Positions 35,751-49,359 of a stretch of DNA of 64,000 nucleotides are shown here, piece by piece (within the stretch, counting starts at the first letter, position 1; each line of letters begins with the position of its first letter). The notes under the pieces were generated by a model, which searched no databases, had not been told where the DNA came from, and saw only the letters and a list, made by a program, of their open reading frames with translations. Made by a program: the position numbers and the translations under genes. Location: positions 17,050,001 to 17,114,000 of the forward strand of contig JAQFVV010000005.1 of NCBI GenBank assembly GCA_028023455.1, in the 5' to 3' direction. The stretch is from Epiperipatus broadwayi (taxonomy: Eukaryota; Animalia; Onychophora).

Positions 35751-37229
35751 TTAAAATGGGCAACCAGTTGACCAATGACCTCGTGATCCACAACTAAAAC
35801 ATCGTCCATATCCTCCATAATATGAGCCAGGAACCCCTTCTACAGAAGCATCTGAAGAATCATCTTCACCATATGAATAATTGGGTTCACTATCAGTGAA
35901 AGAATCATCAGAAATAATAATAGGATAACATGAAGTACTCTGCAAGCCAGAAAGTGATGGGATTATTTTTTTCCTTTCTTCTACAAATTCTTTTCTTTTG
36001 GCCTTCATATTATCATTCAAAAGTTCAACCATTTTATCTATGTAATTATCTAAAACAAGAGATTTTGTAAAATTTATAATAGTACTTCTGCAAATGGGGC
36101 ATTCCTTTTTCCGCTTAGACCATTCTGAAATACAAGTCAAGCAAAAAGTATGCGAACAGTTCAAAGTAGTGGCTTGAATAAACAGTTCTGAACAAATTAT
36201 ACACTGGAGTTCCATTTCAACTAATTGAGTCATATTCGTCACAATGCCTTCCCGTATCTGAAAGGCATGATCTTTCTGGGCCAAGTTATCAGCTCGAACT
36301 GATTCAAGTTGTTTTTCTAAAAAAGTATGTTCTAGTTCTTTGGTTACAATGATTTTTTCTAGTTTTTCTTTTTCAGCCAGTAACTTTTCTTCTATTTCTT
36401 TATTTTTTTCTTCTAATTTCCTTTCCATTTCTTGTTGTAATTCCTTTTCAATATTCATTTTTTCTTCTAAATATTTATCTTTTTCGTTTTTTAATTGACC
36501 AAATAATGCTTCTTCTTTTCTCTTCAACTCTGCATCCAAACAATCTTGTAATTGTTGTAATTTACTTTGTTGTTCTTTTAATTTAATTTGTTCGTTTTTT
36601 AAGGCAGCGGTCATCTGCCTTTCTTTTTCTGCCACTTCTTGTTTTAAGATTTGTTCAGCACATTCTTTCTCAGCCAGCTCCTTTTTCATTTTTTTAACTT
36701 GTCTTTCAGCTTCCAAAATCTTTGCTGATATTTCAATGTTCTGTTTTTTTAACTGATGTTTTAATGCTAATGAAGTCTTTTTTTCTTTACGTCGCGGAAA
36801 AAGTTTATTTTCAGTCTTATGACAAATTATTTTTTTCGATTTACAATCCTCTTGGTCTATTGCTTTAAATGAATGTTCTTTAACGTCACTATCATTAGTA
36901 AAAACATATAAAAAGTAGTCAGAGTCCTTTTCGCTACACTTACCTAATTGAATTATATCCCCCAAATGAATAACTTCAGGGATACCAGGCGATATTTTTT
37001 TCTTGTTGATATAAATACCGTTCGTACTGTATTGATCAGTAATTGTCCATTGCCCGTCTTTTCCTTCTTTCAACAAAGCATGCTTTTTAGATATCATAAT
37101 AGATAATATAACAACATCAGCTGAAGGATTTCTTGCAATTGTGATTTCATGTTTATTATTGAATAAAATAACTGGATATTCCGATAGATTACCGCCAATG
37201 CGACGTAAACAACATGAAATTGCCGCCAT
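35751..37229 (-). CDS. RNF8: RNF8-like E3 ubiquitin ligase, intact intronless 492-aa ORF (FHA, coiled coil, C3HC4 RING, acidic linker, CCHC knuckle)
   Basis: FHA ...ARNP...MISKKH...GQWTITD..STNGIYIN...GDIIQLG; RING CIICSELFIQATTLNCSHTFCLTCISEWSKRKKECPIC; C-terminal CFSCGSRGHWSTGC. Confidence 0.93.
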   Translation of the reverse strand: MAAISCCLRRIGGNLSEYPVILFNNKHEITIARNPSADVVILSIMISKKHALLKEGKDGQWTITDQYSTNGIYINKKKISPGIPEVIHLGDIIQLGKCSEKDSDYFLYVFTNDSDVKEHSFKAIDQEDCKSKKIICHKTENKLFPRRKEKKTSLALKHQLKKQNIEISAKILEAERQVKKMKKELAEKECAEQILKQEVAEKERQMTAALKNEQIKLKEQQSKLQQLQDCLDAELKRKEEALFGQLKNEKDKYLEEKMNIEKELQQEMERKLEEKNKEIEEKLLAEKEKLEKIIVTKELEHTFLEKQLESVRADNLAQKDHAFQIREGIVTNMTQLVEMELQCIICSELFIQATTLNCSHTFCLTCISEWSKRKKECPICRSTIINFTKSLVLDNYIDKMVELLNDNMKAKRKEFVEERKKIIPSLSGLQSTSCYPIIISDDSFTDSEPNYSYGEDDSSDASVEGVPGSYYGGYGRCFSCGSRGHWSTGCPF

Positions 37230-38416
37230 TTTTTTTTTTTTGTAGTTAAAATAAACCTAAGATATAGTTAGTTTGTTAAATTAGTTTCGTATTTATTAAA
37301 GTAGTTTCGTATTTATAAAAATATAAATTCGTACCAGTAATAAAGAAATGTTATTTATAATGTTAATAATAAGAAAAAGAATGAAGATTTATAATGATAA
37401 TTACCCGAGAAAATGGTAAAATTAATATATATTACTGACTGCCTTTATTGCAGATGTATGTTTTATAAATTGCCGGTACTATGAAATAAAATAATCCAAT
37501 TGGTGGTAGATCGCGTGCGTTATATTCAATTTTGATATAGGAAACGTTTATCACTTACTGTCAGTTTAATCATATTATTTATATACACATAATATTTTAA
37601 AAAATCATTACTATCACATATATAAATGCCACTTTTTAATTCTATAAAGAAATAATTAAATGTAATGTTAAAGATAAGTTTTTCTAAGGCCATATAAATC
37701 AATTCATGGAAAAAATAAACCATTAACATTATTTTCAACCTTAATCAATCCGTTGCAGGATGAAAATCTTCCCAAATTGAATCCAATTTTTCTGAACAAT
37801 AGCTTCTCCACATCACATAAAGAAACTATTTTGTTCATCCGTTGTGCATGTGGTTTCTAGATTTTTTTAATTTCTTGGGATCCAGTTTTAGATTTCAACT
37901 GGCTATTTATTATCATCCTTTCTGCATTACATCCAGCCCAGCTTCATCCCGATTTCTTAATTCTTTCATTGATATCATTTGATCTTTCAGCTAAATCCAT
38001 CACTTTCAGTTGTTACTTCCAATATATATTTCTCCATACTTTGATGAATGATTTACAGTTTCTGTATTGCGTATTGTGTGTCCACGTCTCGGATTATAAC
38101 TGAGAACTAGTAAAACACATCTATTAAAAACTTTCCTTTTCATGTACATAGGAATATTTTTTAAAATATTAAATTATTTAGACTAAAAATCCATTCATGT
38201 TTAATTCTATCATTAATTTTAGGCATTATATTTCCATCTATATTTATTAATCTGTACCAAAGTATTTGGAGATATTAACTTCTAATTTATCTAATTATAT
38301 CAAGATTGTGTAACTTTAAAAAAATTTCAATAATAATAGGATTTTTTCCCCAAAAAATATGTGTTCCATAACTATTCTTGACTAAAAGGTAAACGAATGA
38401 AAAATCACCTGAAACT

Positions 38417-41400
38417 CATCATCATCAATAGTATTCTGTCCCATGGACAGAGAGTAGTTACATAAACAATTCATCCATTTTTTTCCACTCTATTCTCTTT
38501 ATTGTCCAGCTCTTGAATTCCAAGTAACTCTTCCCATCCCTTATATCATCCAACATTGTCAATCTTTTTTTTCTTTTTACTTCCCACTCACCATTCCCTC
38601 CAAAACATCTTTCATTAAACTATAATTTCTTCTTAATATATGTCTAATCCACTTCTTCTTTGTGATTTCCTCAAGCAATCTTTGTTTTCATTTACTCTTT
38701 TTAAAACTTCATTTGTTATTTCATTCATCCAACTGATTTTTTTCATTCTTTCCATGTCTACATGACAATGGCTTCCAATTTGTTCCTAACCACACATAGC
38801 ATTTAATTAATTTTTTTCTTAATTCTCTCTTCAAAGATCCACAAAATATTTTCTTTCTCTTAATAAATTCCTCCTTTGCCAATGCTATTCCTCTTTTAAT
38901 TTCATCTTCACTTCTATTCTCACTCAGTCAACTACCCAATTATTTAAATCCCTTTTACTTGTTGAACTATGTTATCATGGATTTCAATTTGCTCTCTTTT
39001 TACATTCTCCTTATCCATAAACACTCTTCTCAACATTAATCTTCATTCCATATTCCAGACATCCACCAATTTATTCAACATATTTTCATCCTCAGTTATA
39101 AGAGCAAATCTTGTTCATTTTATTATTCTACCTCCAACATTTGCTCCTCTACTGTCTAAATAATTATTTATCATGTCTTCAAAATAAATATTATAAGATC
39201 AGGTGACATACTGCATCCTAGTCTAATTCCTCTTTCTATATTTACTTCATCAGTTTCATTATTCCCCAATCTAATTCTTATCCTTTGTCCAGTATACATA
39301 TTCCAGATCAATCTTCTCTTTTTCCAAAATAACCCTTAAAAAAGATAGTCATAAGTTTCTTCCAGATTATCACACTTTTCCAAATCCATAAAACATACAC
39401 CAATTTCTTTATCCTTTTCAATATACTTCTCTTCAATTGTTCTAAAAACATCAATAGCAACTCTTATACTTAATATACTATTTTATCTTCCCATAAATTC
39501 TTTGAGTTTAAATCCTCAATAAAAATTTAGAAGCATGAGATTACAAACTTATTGTCTTACACTCTTCACATTTAACGGTGTTCTTTTTAGCAATTGGAAT
39601 CATTTTAGTTCTTAAAAAAAATCTTCAAGCCAAATTCCAATATATCAAACAGCAAAGTCCAACTATTTCCTGCATAGTGAATTCTCTCCAATTTCTTTCA
39701 AAAATTCTATAGGTATTACATCAAATCCAACAGCCTTACCATTCATCATTTGTCCAATTGACTTTATTATTTCATCTGGTAATATGTTCATACCATTATC
39801 ATTCACTTCAATATCTTCATTTTCAAATTCATAATTAATTAAGTTATTTTCTCTTCTAAATAGACACTGAAGATACTTTTTCCATTTTTTTAAATATATC
39901 CTTACTATCCGTTAATCTCTTCATTCTTCTTGTAATCTCATTTGCTATCCATGTCTTTTTTCCCTAAGTGACACTTCTTATTCTATCAAATAATAGATAA
40001 TATCTTTTCACCTGCTGAAGATTTCTATCTCTACATTCTTGCTTTAAGCATTTTTTCTTCCCAAGTCTGTTTTTCTTCTTACCTCATTATTAATTTTTCT
40101 ATATGCTCTGTGCTTTCATCAGTATTTATATTCTTCCATCTTCTTTTTCATTTTTCCAAAATAATTTAGCTTTCTATAACTGATTAATAGTTATTTCATT
40201 TTTCATTGCTTTTAAGAATCATTTTTTAATTCTACACCGACACTTATCAAAACTATTGATATATATTCATCCTTAACAATCCTTTTTATTGCATTTTTAC
40301 ACATTGAACCAAATTGTCCTTTTTCCATTTTCTCTCAATTTTCTAATTTCCATCTTACATATCTTTTCCTTCTTTTAATTCTTTCTAAACTCAACTTTAA
40401 TTTAGCCATAACCAAATCACGATCTGAGTTATTACCAATACCAGGCAAAGCATGCAAATTCTTAATAGCATGCTTGCATCTATTCTGAATCAATATATAA
40501 TCACTTTGATAACTTTCTCTATCACCTGGAGCCTTCCATGTATACACTCTTCTTGTGTGATTTTTAAAACAAGTGTTTGCAACCACAAACCCATTTTCCT
40601 TACAAAATTGTACATGCTGGCTACCTCCTTTATTTCTTTTTCCAATATCATAATTTCAAACAATTTTTCCTTCCTTAGCTTTCCCCCCAACAGCTTTCCA
40701 ATCACCCATTAGCAATATATATGCATTTTTTCTCTCACATTGGATAATTTCCCATATCTTCTTATATTTTTCATCAATTTCAATATCATCATGATTAGTA
40801 GTCAGAATATAAACTTGTATGATCATCAAATATCTAGGGCTTGTATTTACTCTCATCATCAGCCCATCAATACAATCAATTTTTGCCACACTATTCCAAA
40901 TTCTCTTTCCAACAGCTATGTCAACTCCGTTAATTGATCTATCACCACCTGAATAAAATAACTTAACACCTCCACTACTTATTTTCTCACTTCCCTTCCT
41001 CCTCATTTCAATTAATCCTACATCATCAATATTATTTATACAGAACTCTCTTTTCAAATTTTGCAGCTCTTCTTAATGATATAATATTCCATGTGCCAAT
41101 TCTCAATGAGTCTTCTCTCAATTAATGAAGTTTGAGGATTTTGCAGGTTTATAACCTGAGTAGCTTCATGTCTATCCCTGCCATGCAAGACACCAAAACT
41201 ATTCTTACCTAAGGTCTCAACACCAAACTTAATGATTCCTGTAGAACTAATAATAAAACAAGGATATTATAAGATAAAGTGGTTTCCCATTGCCTTCATT
41301 ACCCAAAAATAACATCTATAACTAGCTTAATATGCTAGTTGAATCTCAAAAAATGAACACCCACAATTTTCTCATTGTTAGTGATCTTCTGTTGACTTGG

Positions 41401-41675
41401 AAGAATACTGTTGCTAATCCAATACCTAGCAAAGTACTGACTTATTTAATGGTGGTCAACACTCACCATTGTACATCCACCATCATAGGAATTGTGGCAT
41501 TTTATAGAAGTAAATAAACCATTGTCTCCACCACTTTCTGATGATGAATGTTGTCCCATTATAAGCGACTACTTATTTGCAGCTAGCTTTCATATCCAAA
41601 AGTCATTTCTGTATCTGAAATCTGGGGACATTCTGGGTAGCATGGTATCATGACCTGCTATCCACTTCACCCCAG
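38417..41675 (-). mobile_element. Full-length RTE LINE (APE plus RT), decayed
   Basis: APE motifs IIQVY, LLMGDW, TWKAPG and SD in ORFs 40656-41057 and 40335-40586; 5' UTR motif GAAGGCAATGGGAAACCAC; (GAT)n tail; 11-bp TSD CACCTGAAACT/CACTTGAAACT (38406-38416, 41676-41686). Confidence 0.92.
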
Positions 41676-42350
41676 CACTTGAAACTGATGAGTATTAACT
41701 TATTTACTGTTTCAACTTGCCTTGATATTAATTTTGCCTTTTTATCAAAAGATCTGAAAATGTCTCAATGAAAAGATTGCTGGTTCCCTCTCCAAGCTAT
41801 CTATAGCATCATTTCTGAGCCAATGCATGTGTCACTATATAATTGAACACAAATATTTTAGTGCATCAGCATAATTCAACCATAAGTTAAGACATGAAAT
41901 TTCCAATGTGCTTCAGTTCTTAACTCATAATGGAACATTAGATTTTGTTTTAAATTCTGAAAAACTGCTACTGAAATGTTTGAATGATTTAAGCTGCATA
42001 GAGCAAAGAAACTATAAATCACAATAATGTTTTCTGAATGATTTGCAAGATTTTGTGGTGCCTGACAGAATCTTGAAGATGATCCTTAATCAGACATATC
42101 CAATACAATTGAAAACAAAGAAAATATGTAAAAAGTTGAAAGCAGTCTTTAAAATGGTTGCCTTGGGTCTATCAGATCCATTGAGGAACTTTTCCCAAAC
42201 CATTGTCCATTGCTTTTTAATGGAAGATTTGAAAAAGCAGATGTGTGCTTTATCTCTCGATTGTTGATAATCAAAAAGATGCCAGGGTGAATCATATTTT
42301 TTAGCTGATAACAATGCAAACTAAAACTTTGAAGCTTTTTCTTCTACTAC
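41676..42350. repeat. Segmental duplication block X, copy 3, distal part with mariner remnant (proximal part 38185-38416)
   Basis: AAAACTGCTACTGAAATGTTTGAA (KTATEMFE) and ACCATTGTCCATTGCTTTTTAATGGAAGATTTGAAAAAG, as in copy 2. Confidence 0.8.
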
Positions 42351-42384
42351 TGAATGATAAACAATTTGGAATTTCATTAATACC

Positions 42385-42575
42385 AAAGATCTAGATTTAG
42401 GGCTTTCAGATACAAGACTTTTCATCAATGAAAGCTACAAGCTAGAATTAGTCTGGCATATTGGATAAGTAAACATTAAATAGGGATTTTGATGCACAAA
42501 CCTTCTGGCACCCATTAATATGTATGGCTTACACTGGGTGTCACTATTGTATGAAGAGATTTGCTACTGTTTTAT
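42385..42575 (+). mobile_element. HHR family 2 half element, decayed
   Basis: CAATGA-AAGC/TACAA/GCT-AGAA-TTAGTC-TGG followed by GATGCACAAACCTTCTGGCA. Confidence 0.55.
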
Positions 42576-43989
42576 TTAGAATTACAATTCCAAATGGGAC
42601 TAATTTCAATATAATTGGTTTTTTAGAAAAATTTTTACAATGTGTGATATTAACAAATAATCATAAATTGTCTCTTTTCTACATATTATTTTAGAAGATC
42701 TTAAAGTATTAAGGTTATTTCTCATAAAATTATTTTAAATGATACTACATTTAACATATTTTTTATATCATTACTAAATTAGCCATTATTATTCTGCAAC
42801 TTCTACTAAATTTTCTGTACTTAAAAATATTATAGCTAATTATGTATTTAATTTAAATGTTCATCTGGGAATCAATTTTTAAACAATATGATCCTAGTTT
42901 TATTTCAAATCTTATTAATTGATTAAAATTCCTATTTTTTAAATCCAAATCTAAACTGAATCATCATCATTATACTGCCTCATGCAACATTGTGATTTCT
43001 TAAAAACTCATCTTCATCAATTTTTTTATTTACTGAAGTCAAATTTGCTTCATCAGGATTAAAGAACGGAAATCTAGTTGCATATGACACACTTATCTTA
43101 TTATTGCACAGAAAAAGGAGCAATCAACAACAAACCTATATATATTGTTCTAAGTGACTGAAGACAGGTAGAAAAAAAAATGAAACAAGAAAAGATAGTT
43201 TTAATTAGGCACTGCTTGTAGATTATTTCTCTATCTTTATCTATGGTCATTGGTGATCTTAAATCACTATTAGACATATTTATATATTAAAGTGTTTTCA
43301 AAAGATTTAAAAGTATGAAAAAAAGACATTTGACACTTGAAAATTAACTTACAGTACTGTAATGGACCTTATAAATAAATAGTTTCCTGTTGGAATTTAA
43401 AATTCTAGGGAGATAAAAATTTCAATATATTACAGTAATGTGATGTTGTTACTTTCTATTTAAGGATCTTAGATAAGGGTAAAAGGTGTAATCTATTTTT
43501 AATCTATAGAGATTATCTTGACAACAAATTGCTGATATTCTAGTGGATCCATATAAATTACATTTAGAAACCAGTTAGCTATTGGCAATTCGTGGTTTAT
43601 TATTTATGCATATTGTGTATGTGTGTGGCTGGGTGTACACACAAATCCATTTTTATAAACCTTTATATTATTTTTATAATTTCTCATTATAGTTACATCT
43701 ATTATTTAAAATTTACCACATGATATAATGATGTTGATTAAGGAATTACCTGGAGACCATAAATTCACTATTCTGGGATCTACATTTGATTTGATGAATA
43801 TGAATTAATTTCTATGCACTTGACATTAGGCAATTTTTTGTGGGGAAAAACAAACCAAAACTGAATCAATATTAATATTCCTTTCTTTATCTTTCAATAA
43901 TTGTGCGTGTGTATTTGTAATCTCAAAATTGTATTGAAAGATAGAATCGTGTCATTAAAACTGACAATCATAATCATTCAAACTGAGTA

Positions 43990-44270
43990 ATTTATTGTGG
44001 GAGTTGGAAAAAAAGCAGAGAGAAAGTATAAGTGGATTAGATTGTGATATTCAAGAAGGCTTCCAAAAATATTATGAAAATAAATTAACAAGTGATTAAA
44101 AGCAGGAATTTTTTTGGTTATGTTATAAGTGGATTTAATTCATTAAAATAGTAATTGGAAAATGTTGATGATGAAAAGCAAAGGAGGGGTATCAACATAA
44201 TATTGATGAACTAGCATTTGAGCAAGCTGAGGAATTAAACATTAGATAATTTCATCATGCTATTCATAAG
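43990..44270 (+). mobile_element. Highly decayed RTE 3' fragment
   Basis: Loose match to the RTE C-terminus (FFG.V, GK....K.RG, .ID.L). Confidence 0.35.
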
Positions 44271-45644
44271 CATGCTATTTATATCCACACATATATGTAA
44301 TAGGCTCTATTATAATTCAATATACAAAAACAGCTTTAATGCCATCTGATGTAAGATTTGTAATCAGTGTTTTAAACATATAGCAATACAGTTTAATCCC
44401 ATATTAGTTTCTGACTTATCAATAAAAATCTGATTATACTATGGTTAAGATTAAAGAATTGAGTGATATGTTGGTATTATAATTCAATAAATTGGATAAA
44501 TCATTCCATCGTAGTATGTATATGAACAACATAAATTGAATGATAATAAAAATAGTCAAATGGTTTTACTGCTCGAGAATTCACAAAAAGATTGAGTGCT
44601 GGTAAGTCACAAGAGTGGATTTAACTTCAGTCTCCATTCGACCGTTGTTTCCAAATAATTTGCATTCATGTGTAAATATAAACTGATAACATCTAGCTAT
44701 AATTCAATGAAAAAAAGCAATTTCCTATCTCTAATATTCTTATGGCATCTATTGTAATCTTAGATAATGTTTTACCATCTGGCGGTGAAATTTAATCTCA
44801 AGATTCTGAATTTTACCTTTATTGCTGAGAGTATGTTTATACTGCAATAGGCTGAAGAAAGTAAACAATCTTTATTGGTATTATAATTTAATAAATTTGA
44901 TAGAGCATTCAATTTTGCTCTTTATACAAGCAACAAAAGTCAAAATCAATTATCTAAATGATAATGATGTGCACAAGCATATTACACCTATTAATATTTA
45001 TATCAATATAAAAATATAACATAGTAGCTTCTTGCTATGATATGTAAGAGCACCTTACTCTCTCTACTACACTAGTGTCCTCTAGCGTAAGCTTGAGTAA
45101 CCAGTGATTTAATAAATGGTAATACAATTTAATCCCAATCCCAGATGGGATTCTAATTTTGTCTTTATCAATGGGTATTAGTTTGCACTGTAGCAAGTTG
45201 AGAAAAATCACATGGTGTTATGATGGTATTATAATTTGTTCGATTTGTTAAAATACACATTGCTTCACAAATGTATTTAAAACTTATATAAATAAAACTT
45301 TATTAAATAAGAAAGCATTATTACAAAAGATCAGTTGCTCAGGAGATTGATATTTGTTCATATAAAAAAAAGGCTGATCACAATATTGTTTAAATATCAA
45401 AATAAGTCTATATATATATAAATTAAAGAAACACTCTTCATCACATAAGTGCATTAAAAAGTATTAAAAAAAAGTGATAAAGAGTAAGAAATAAAATTTC
45501 TTCAGCTTTTACAATATTCTTCATTTTATGATCCAAAATAGAAGTACAGGATACTTGTGTTCATAAAAAGATTATGAATATTTTTGTCACATAATATTAA
45601 GAATGCAGTGAAAGCTGAAGAAAATTTTATTTTATACTTTTTTA

Positions 45645-45985
45645 GTAAAGAGCAATACAGAGACTTTAGACTATGGAAAGTTGCATATTAGGAATAACAA
45701 GAAGATATCTAAAATGAGGTATGTGGACTAGAGAACAAACAGGTGTTACTGATATCACTGAAAAGAATTAAGCAACTGAAGTGGAGTTGAACTGGGTATA
45801 TTGCTAGAAGGGATGATAATAGATAGTTGAAATCTTAAGCTGGATTCCAGAGATTGTGAAAAACCTAGAAATAGGCCATATGTGAGATGGATGGTTGAAA
45901 TAATAAAGTGTGCTGGAGTAGTACAGAAAAGAGAGGCTAGAGATCAAAGATGGATTGAATTTGGAGAGACCTTCATCCTGCATTG
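45645..45985 (+). mobile_element. RTE LINE 3' fragment, same family as 30441-30843
   Basis: AGAGAACAAACAGGTGTTACTGA and GGAGAGACCTTCATCCTGCA are shared with 30441-30843. Confidence 0.85.
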
Positions 45986-47991
45986 GATCTTGTTTATCTA
46001 TGGAAACATTGGGGGGAAAATCTAAGAATTGCTGTGTCAAATATTTCATATGATTTTTTTTTTAGTAGCAATATTCAAAGATATTCATCACACTAAATTG
46101 TTATTAGCATCTCCATTAGCTTTGTGTTTCATATTTCAAGATAGTATTTTATATTATAATGAACATATAAATAGAAAATTTAATTTAAATATATTAATTA
46201 TAAATACTATAAAATTATATAATAACAGCATATGCCTCTATTAAAAGTTTTTATAGCAACGAATTTGAGAAAATTATACTAGATGACAGTGCTGTAAAGA
46301 GTTCTAAATCCCATATTAAATTAAAAAATTTCACTAAAAGTGTTTGCAAACTCTATGAAATGTGTTGTCATTATGAATAAATATGTGTGCAAAGTTTGAA
46401 TTAGATCAGAAATTGAGAAATGGATAAAAAATGAGTTACAAAATTTCATCAAACAGATAACGAAAAATAAGATGAGTTAAATAAAAGCTTATTAAAAAAA
46501 AACAATATTCTTCAGGTAGTTGAGGATAGTTGATGAGAAGCTATTAACAACATTAATTCATTAATTGTGTGCTATGGGTTGAGCAAGAAAGTACCGAATT
46601 TAGATAGTTAACAGGAAGATTCTTAATATTTTCTCCCTGATTTTGTGCAGACATCATCAGAGATACCTGAGCTATGATAAAAACATTTACAGGAAGAGAA
46701 ATTTTCTGATTTCGATTATTGCGAAGAAAAGCATGTTTTAGTTTCTGAAATGAATTTGGCTGTGTGAGTGAATATATCATCATTCTTGATGCTTTTAAAG
46801 TAAAAGTCTTAAGTTCTATTGTAAAGGGGCATGCTGGATAGTCACAAAATCCGTATTAACAATGGTGGAGTTAATTAGATACCGTGCTTTATGCTTAACA
46901 AGATTAAATCAATAAATAAAAATAGTTCATTATATAGGAAAGATTAATTGAAATAAATCGAGAGACTGGAAATCTCTAGCACTCGTTACAATACTTAACT
47001 GACAGCCAATCAGATGGCATGGATAGCTTCCAAAAATGACATCCAAACCTAAACACACAACAAAGATTATAAATACACTATGGCTTAGCATTGCTTTCAA
47101 CCAGGCAAGTCATATTCATAGCACAAAGACATATTTGTAAGTGAATAAACATATAAATTAGTTAATATGCAAATTTATCAATTTACATATATCACTTGTG
47201 TGATAAAGCAAAGTTTATTGAGTTAACAAGATTAAAATTTTAGGCAGTGTATAAAAACTATTAAAGAAGATGCTTATATAAAATCTGGAGATGCTTTCTA
47301 TGCATCAATTAAAGTTATCCTATTCAAATATTATACTATAGCATATATTCAAATATATCGATCAGGCCAAGCTATGTAAAGTAATACTCACATCTTATTA
47401 AAGCAATAATGCAGAATTAAAGGTAGAAGTTATATTTAGAATAACTATTAATTAAAATAAAATTGTTTTGGAAGAGCTTTATTCACCCATCTAACAATTA
47501 TTCTGTAATAATCAAAGAGTAAAACTTGTTTATAGCATTACATGATTTGGAGCATCAAATAAAGATTTGATTTTTCTTCTTTTAGTTATCTAGATGATAT
47601 CCATGTTAGCTATCCAATAAAAATACATTATCTAGTTAGTATTAATTAGACAGTAAAAATCTGTAATCTGGACTAGTCAGAAAAATGTTTTGAAAAATGA
47701 TTATAAAACGATGTGTAAGAATCCCAGATTAATCTGGAATTGGTGAGAAAAGTATTCTAATCCTATCAGAAGTAAATACATAGCTTACCTTTTATCCAGA
47801 TGTTCATTCTGATAACCTTTGCCTAGGGAGTTAATGGTACTAGAGTTAAGGAACTTGATGTTAGAATATTTGCATCATAACGCCAAACAGTATTGTTATT
47901 ATTATTTTTCCTTTATCTTCTATGCATTGATTATTAACATATATAACTATACTTTTAATAACTTTCTTTTTTCATCTTATACAGTGTAAAC

Positions 47992-48146
47992 ATATTATTT
48001 TCTTCAAATAATTTATTTCCTTACAATTTTGATTGACGAAAAATCTTCTTCAGAACTTTTTTTTAGCAGCTAAAAGTTTTGAAAAAAAACTGCTGAACAA
48101 TCAAAACTGTAAGGAAATAAAAATTATTTGAAGAAAATAATATTTG
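47992..48146. repeat. Short inverted repeat resembling a decayed family 4 pLTR pair
   Basis: ATATTATTTTCTTCAAATAATT..TTTCCTTACAATTTTGATTG / CAATCAAAACTGTAAGGAAATAAAAATTATTTGAAGAAAATAATAT. Confidence 0.6.
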
Positions 48147-48639
48147 TATTGTATAAAATGGAAAAAGAAAAATGTTATTTAAGTATTATTATAACCTCAA
48201 CCAGTGGTAGCAATTATTGAAGAAAATTATATGTAGAAATAATTTTAGATTTAACCCTCATTAGATTACTCCCTAGAAGTGATTTTGAAACTTTCCATTT
48301 CTAAAATGCTGACTGATTATTTAGATAAAAGATTAGATATGCTGATGATGAAATTAAAGATAATGCTCCAACATTTTCTATTTTTGGTAAACAGTTTGTG
48401 AATCCAAACTGATATCAGGTGATTTGTTTTAATTTTTTTTTTCCTGAAAAATCACTAATGAATGGATTTAAAATACTGTTAATAGCTCACAAATGGAGTT
48501 AGATTCTGTTACATATTCCATTTGCAACTTTATAGCAGTGATTTTACTTTTGTACAATTTATAGCACACTATCAATTTACCAGCAACTTGCAAAAAATTG
48601 ATAAAAATTAAATTCAGTAAAAAAAAATCTAAGATATTA

Positions 48640-49348
48640 GTATTTAAAACAGGCAAAACTCTCCCTACTGTAGTGCCACTCAGTGCAGACTAGAGTAATC
48701 AATGGATGCAAGAAGGTTTGTGCATAAAATCCCTATCTAGTGCCTACTCACCCAATATCCCCAGACCAGTTTCTAGCTTGTAGCTTTTGCATTAGTGAGG
48801 AACCTTGGATTTGAGAGCACTGCTGTATGGAGAGTTTTGCCTATTTTAATAGCTTGAGCAAGCATAAAAAATGGTGATCATGTGATATTTAGTGGTTTAA
48901 TACCAATCCTGCCTAATAGTGTAGTGGTAGCTATGGTTATTAAAGAATGAAAGACACCAAAATGTATGGGAACACTGAGTTCAGACCTACATGACTATAT
49001 AAACTAATGAGCTTTTGAAAATATTATTGGGTTTTTAATTTCAGACTCATAGTTTTGTAATTAAGTAGAGATAAAAAGTGGTGGCTGGGGGATTGCGTTA
49101 GATCCTAATATCTAGGTGCAGTGCTCTCAGATCCAAGGTTTCTCACCAATGAAAGCCACAAGCTAGAAACTAGTCTTAGGATATTGGATGAATCAGCACT
49201 AGATCAGGAATTTATGCACAAACCTTGCATCCATTGCTTACTCAGTTTTGCACTGAGTGGTACTACTGTATGGAGAGTTTTGCCTGTTTTAGCAGCTTGA
49301 GCAAGCTTAAGAAATGGTGATCATGTGATGTTCAGTGGTTTAATATTA
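48640..49348. mobile_element. Two rearranged HHR family 2 pieces (48640-48905 and 49110-49348)
   Basis: HHR remnants AGC/TACAA/GCT-AGAAA-CTGG-TC-TGGGGA (-, ~48758-48808) and CCAATGA-AAGC/CACAA/GCT-AGAAA-CTAG-TC (+, ~49141-49180); shared end GAGCAAG...ATGGTGATCATGTGAT. Confidence 0.75.
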
Positions 49349-49359
49349 GTATTTAATGG

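Noticed and set aside
46540-46800. Possible mariner catalytic-domain fragment
   Set aside because: No convincing D,D34D or YSPDL motif could be read.
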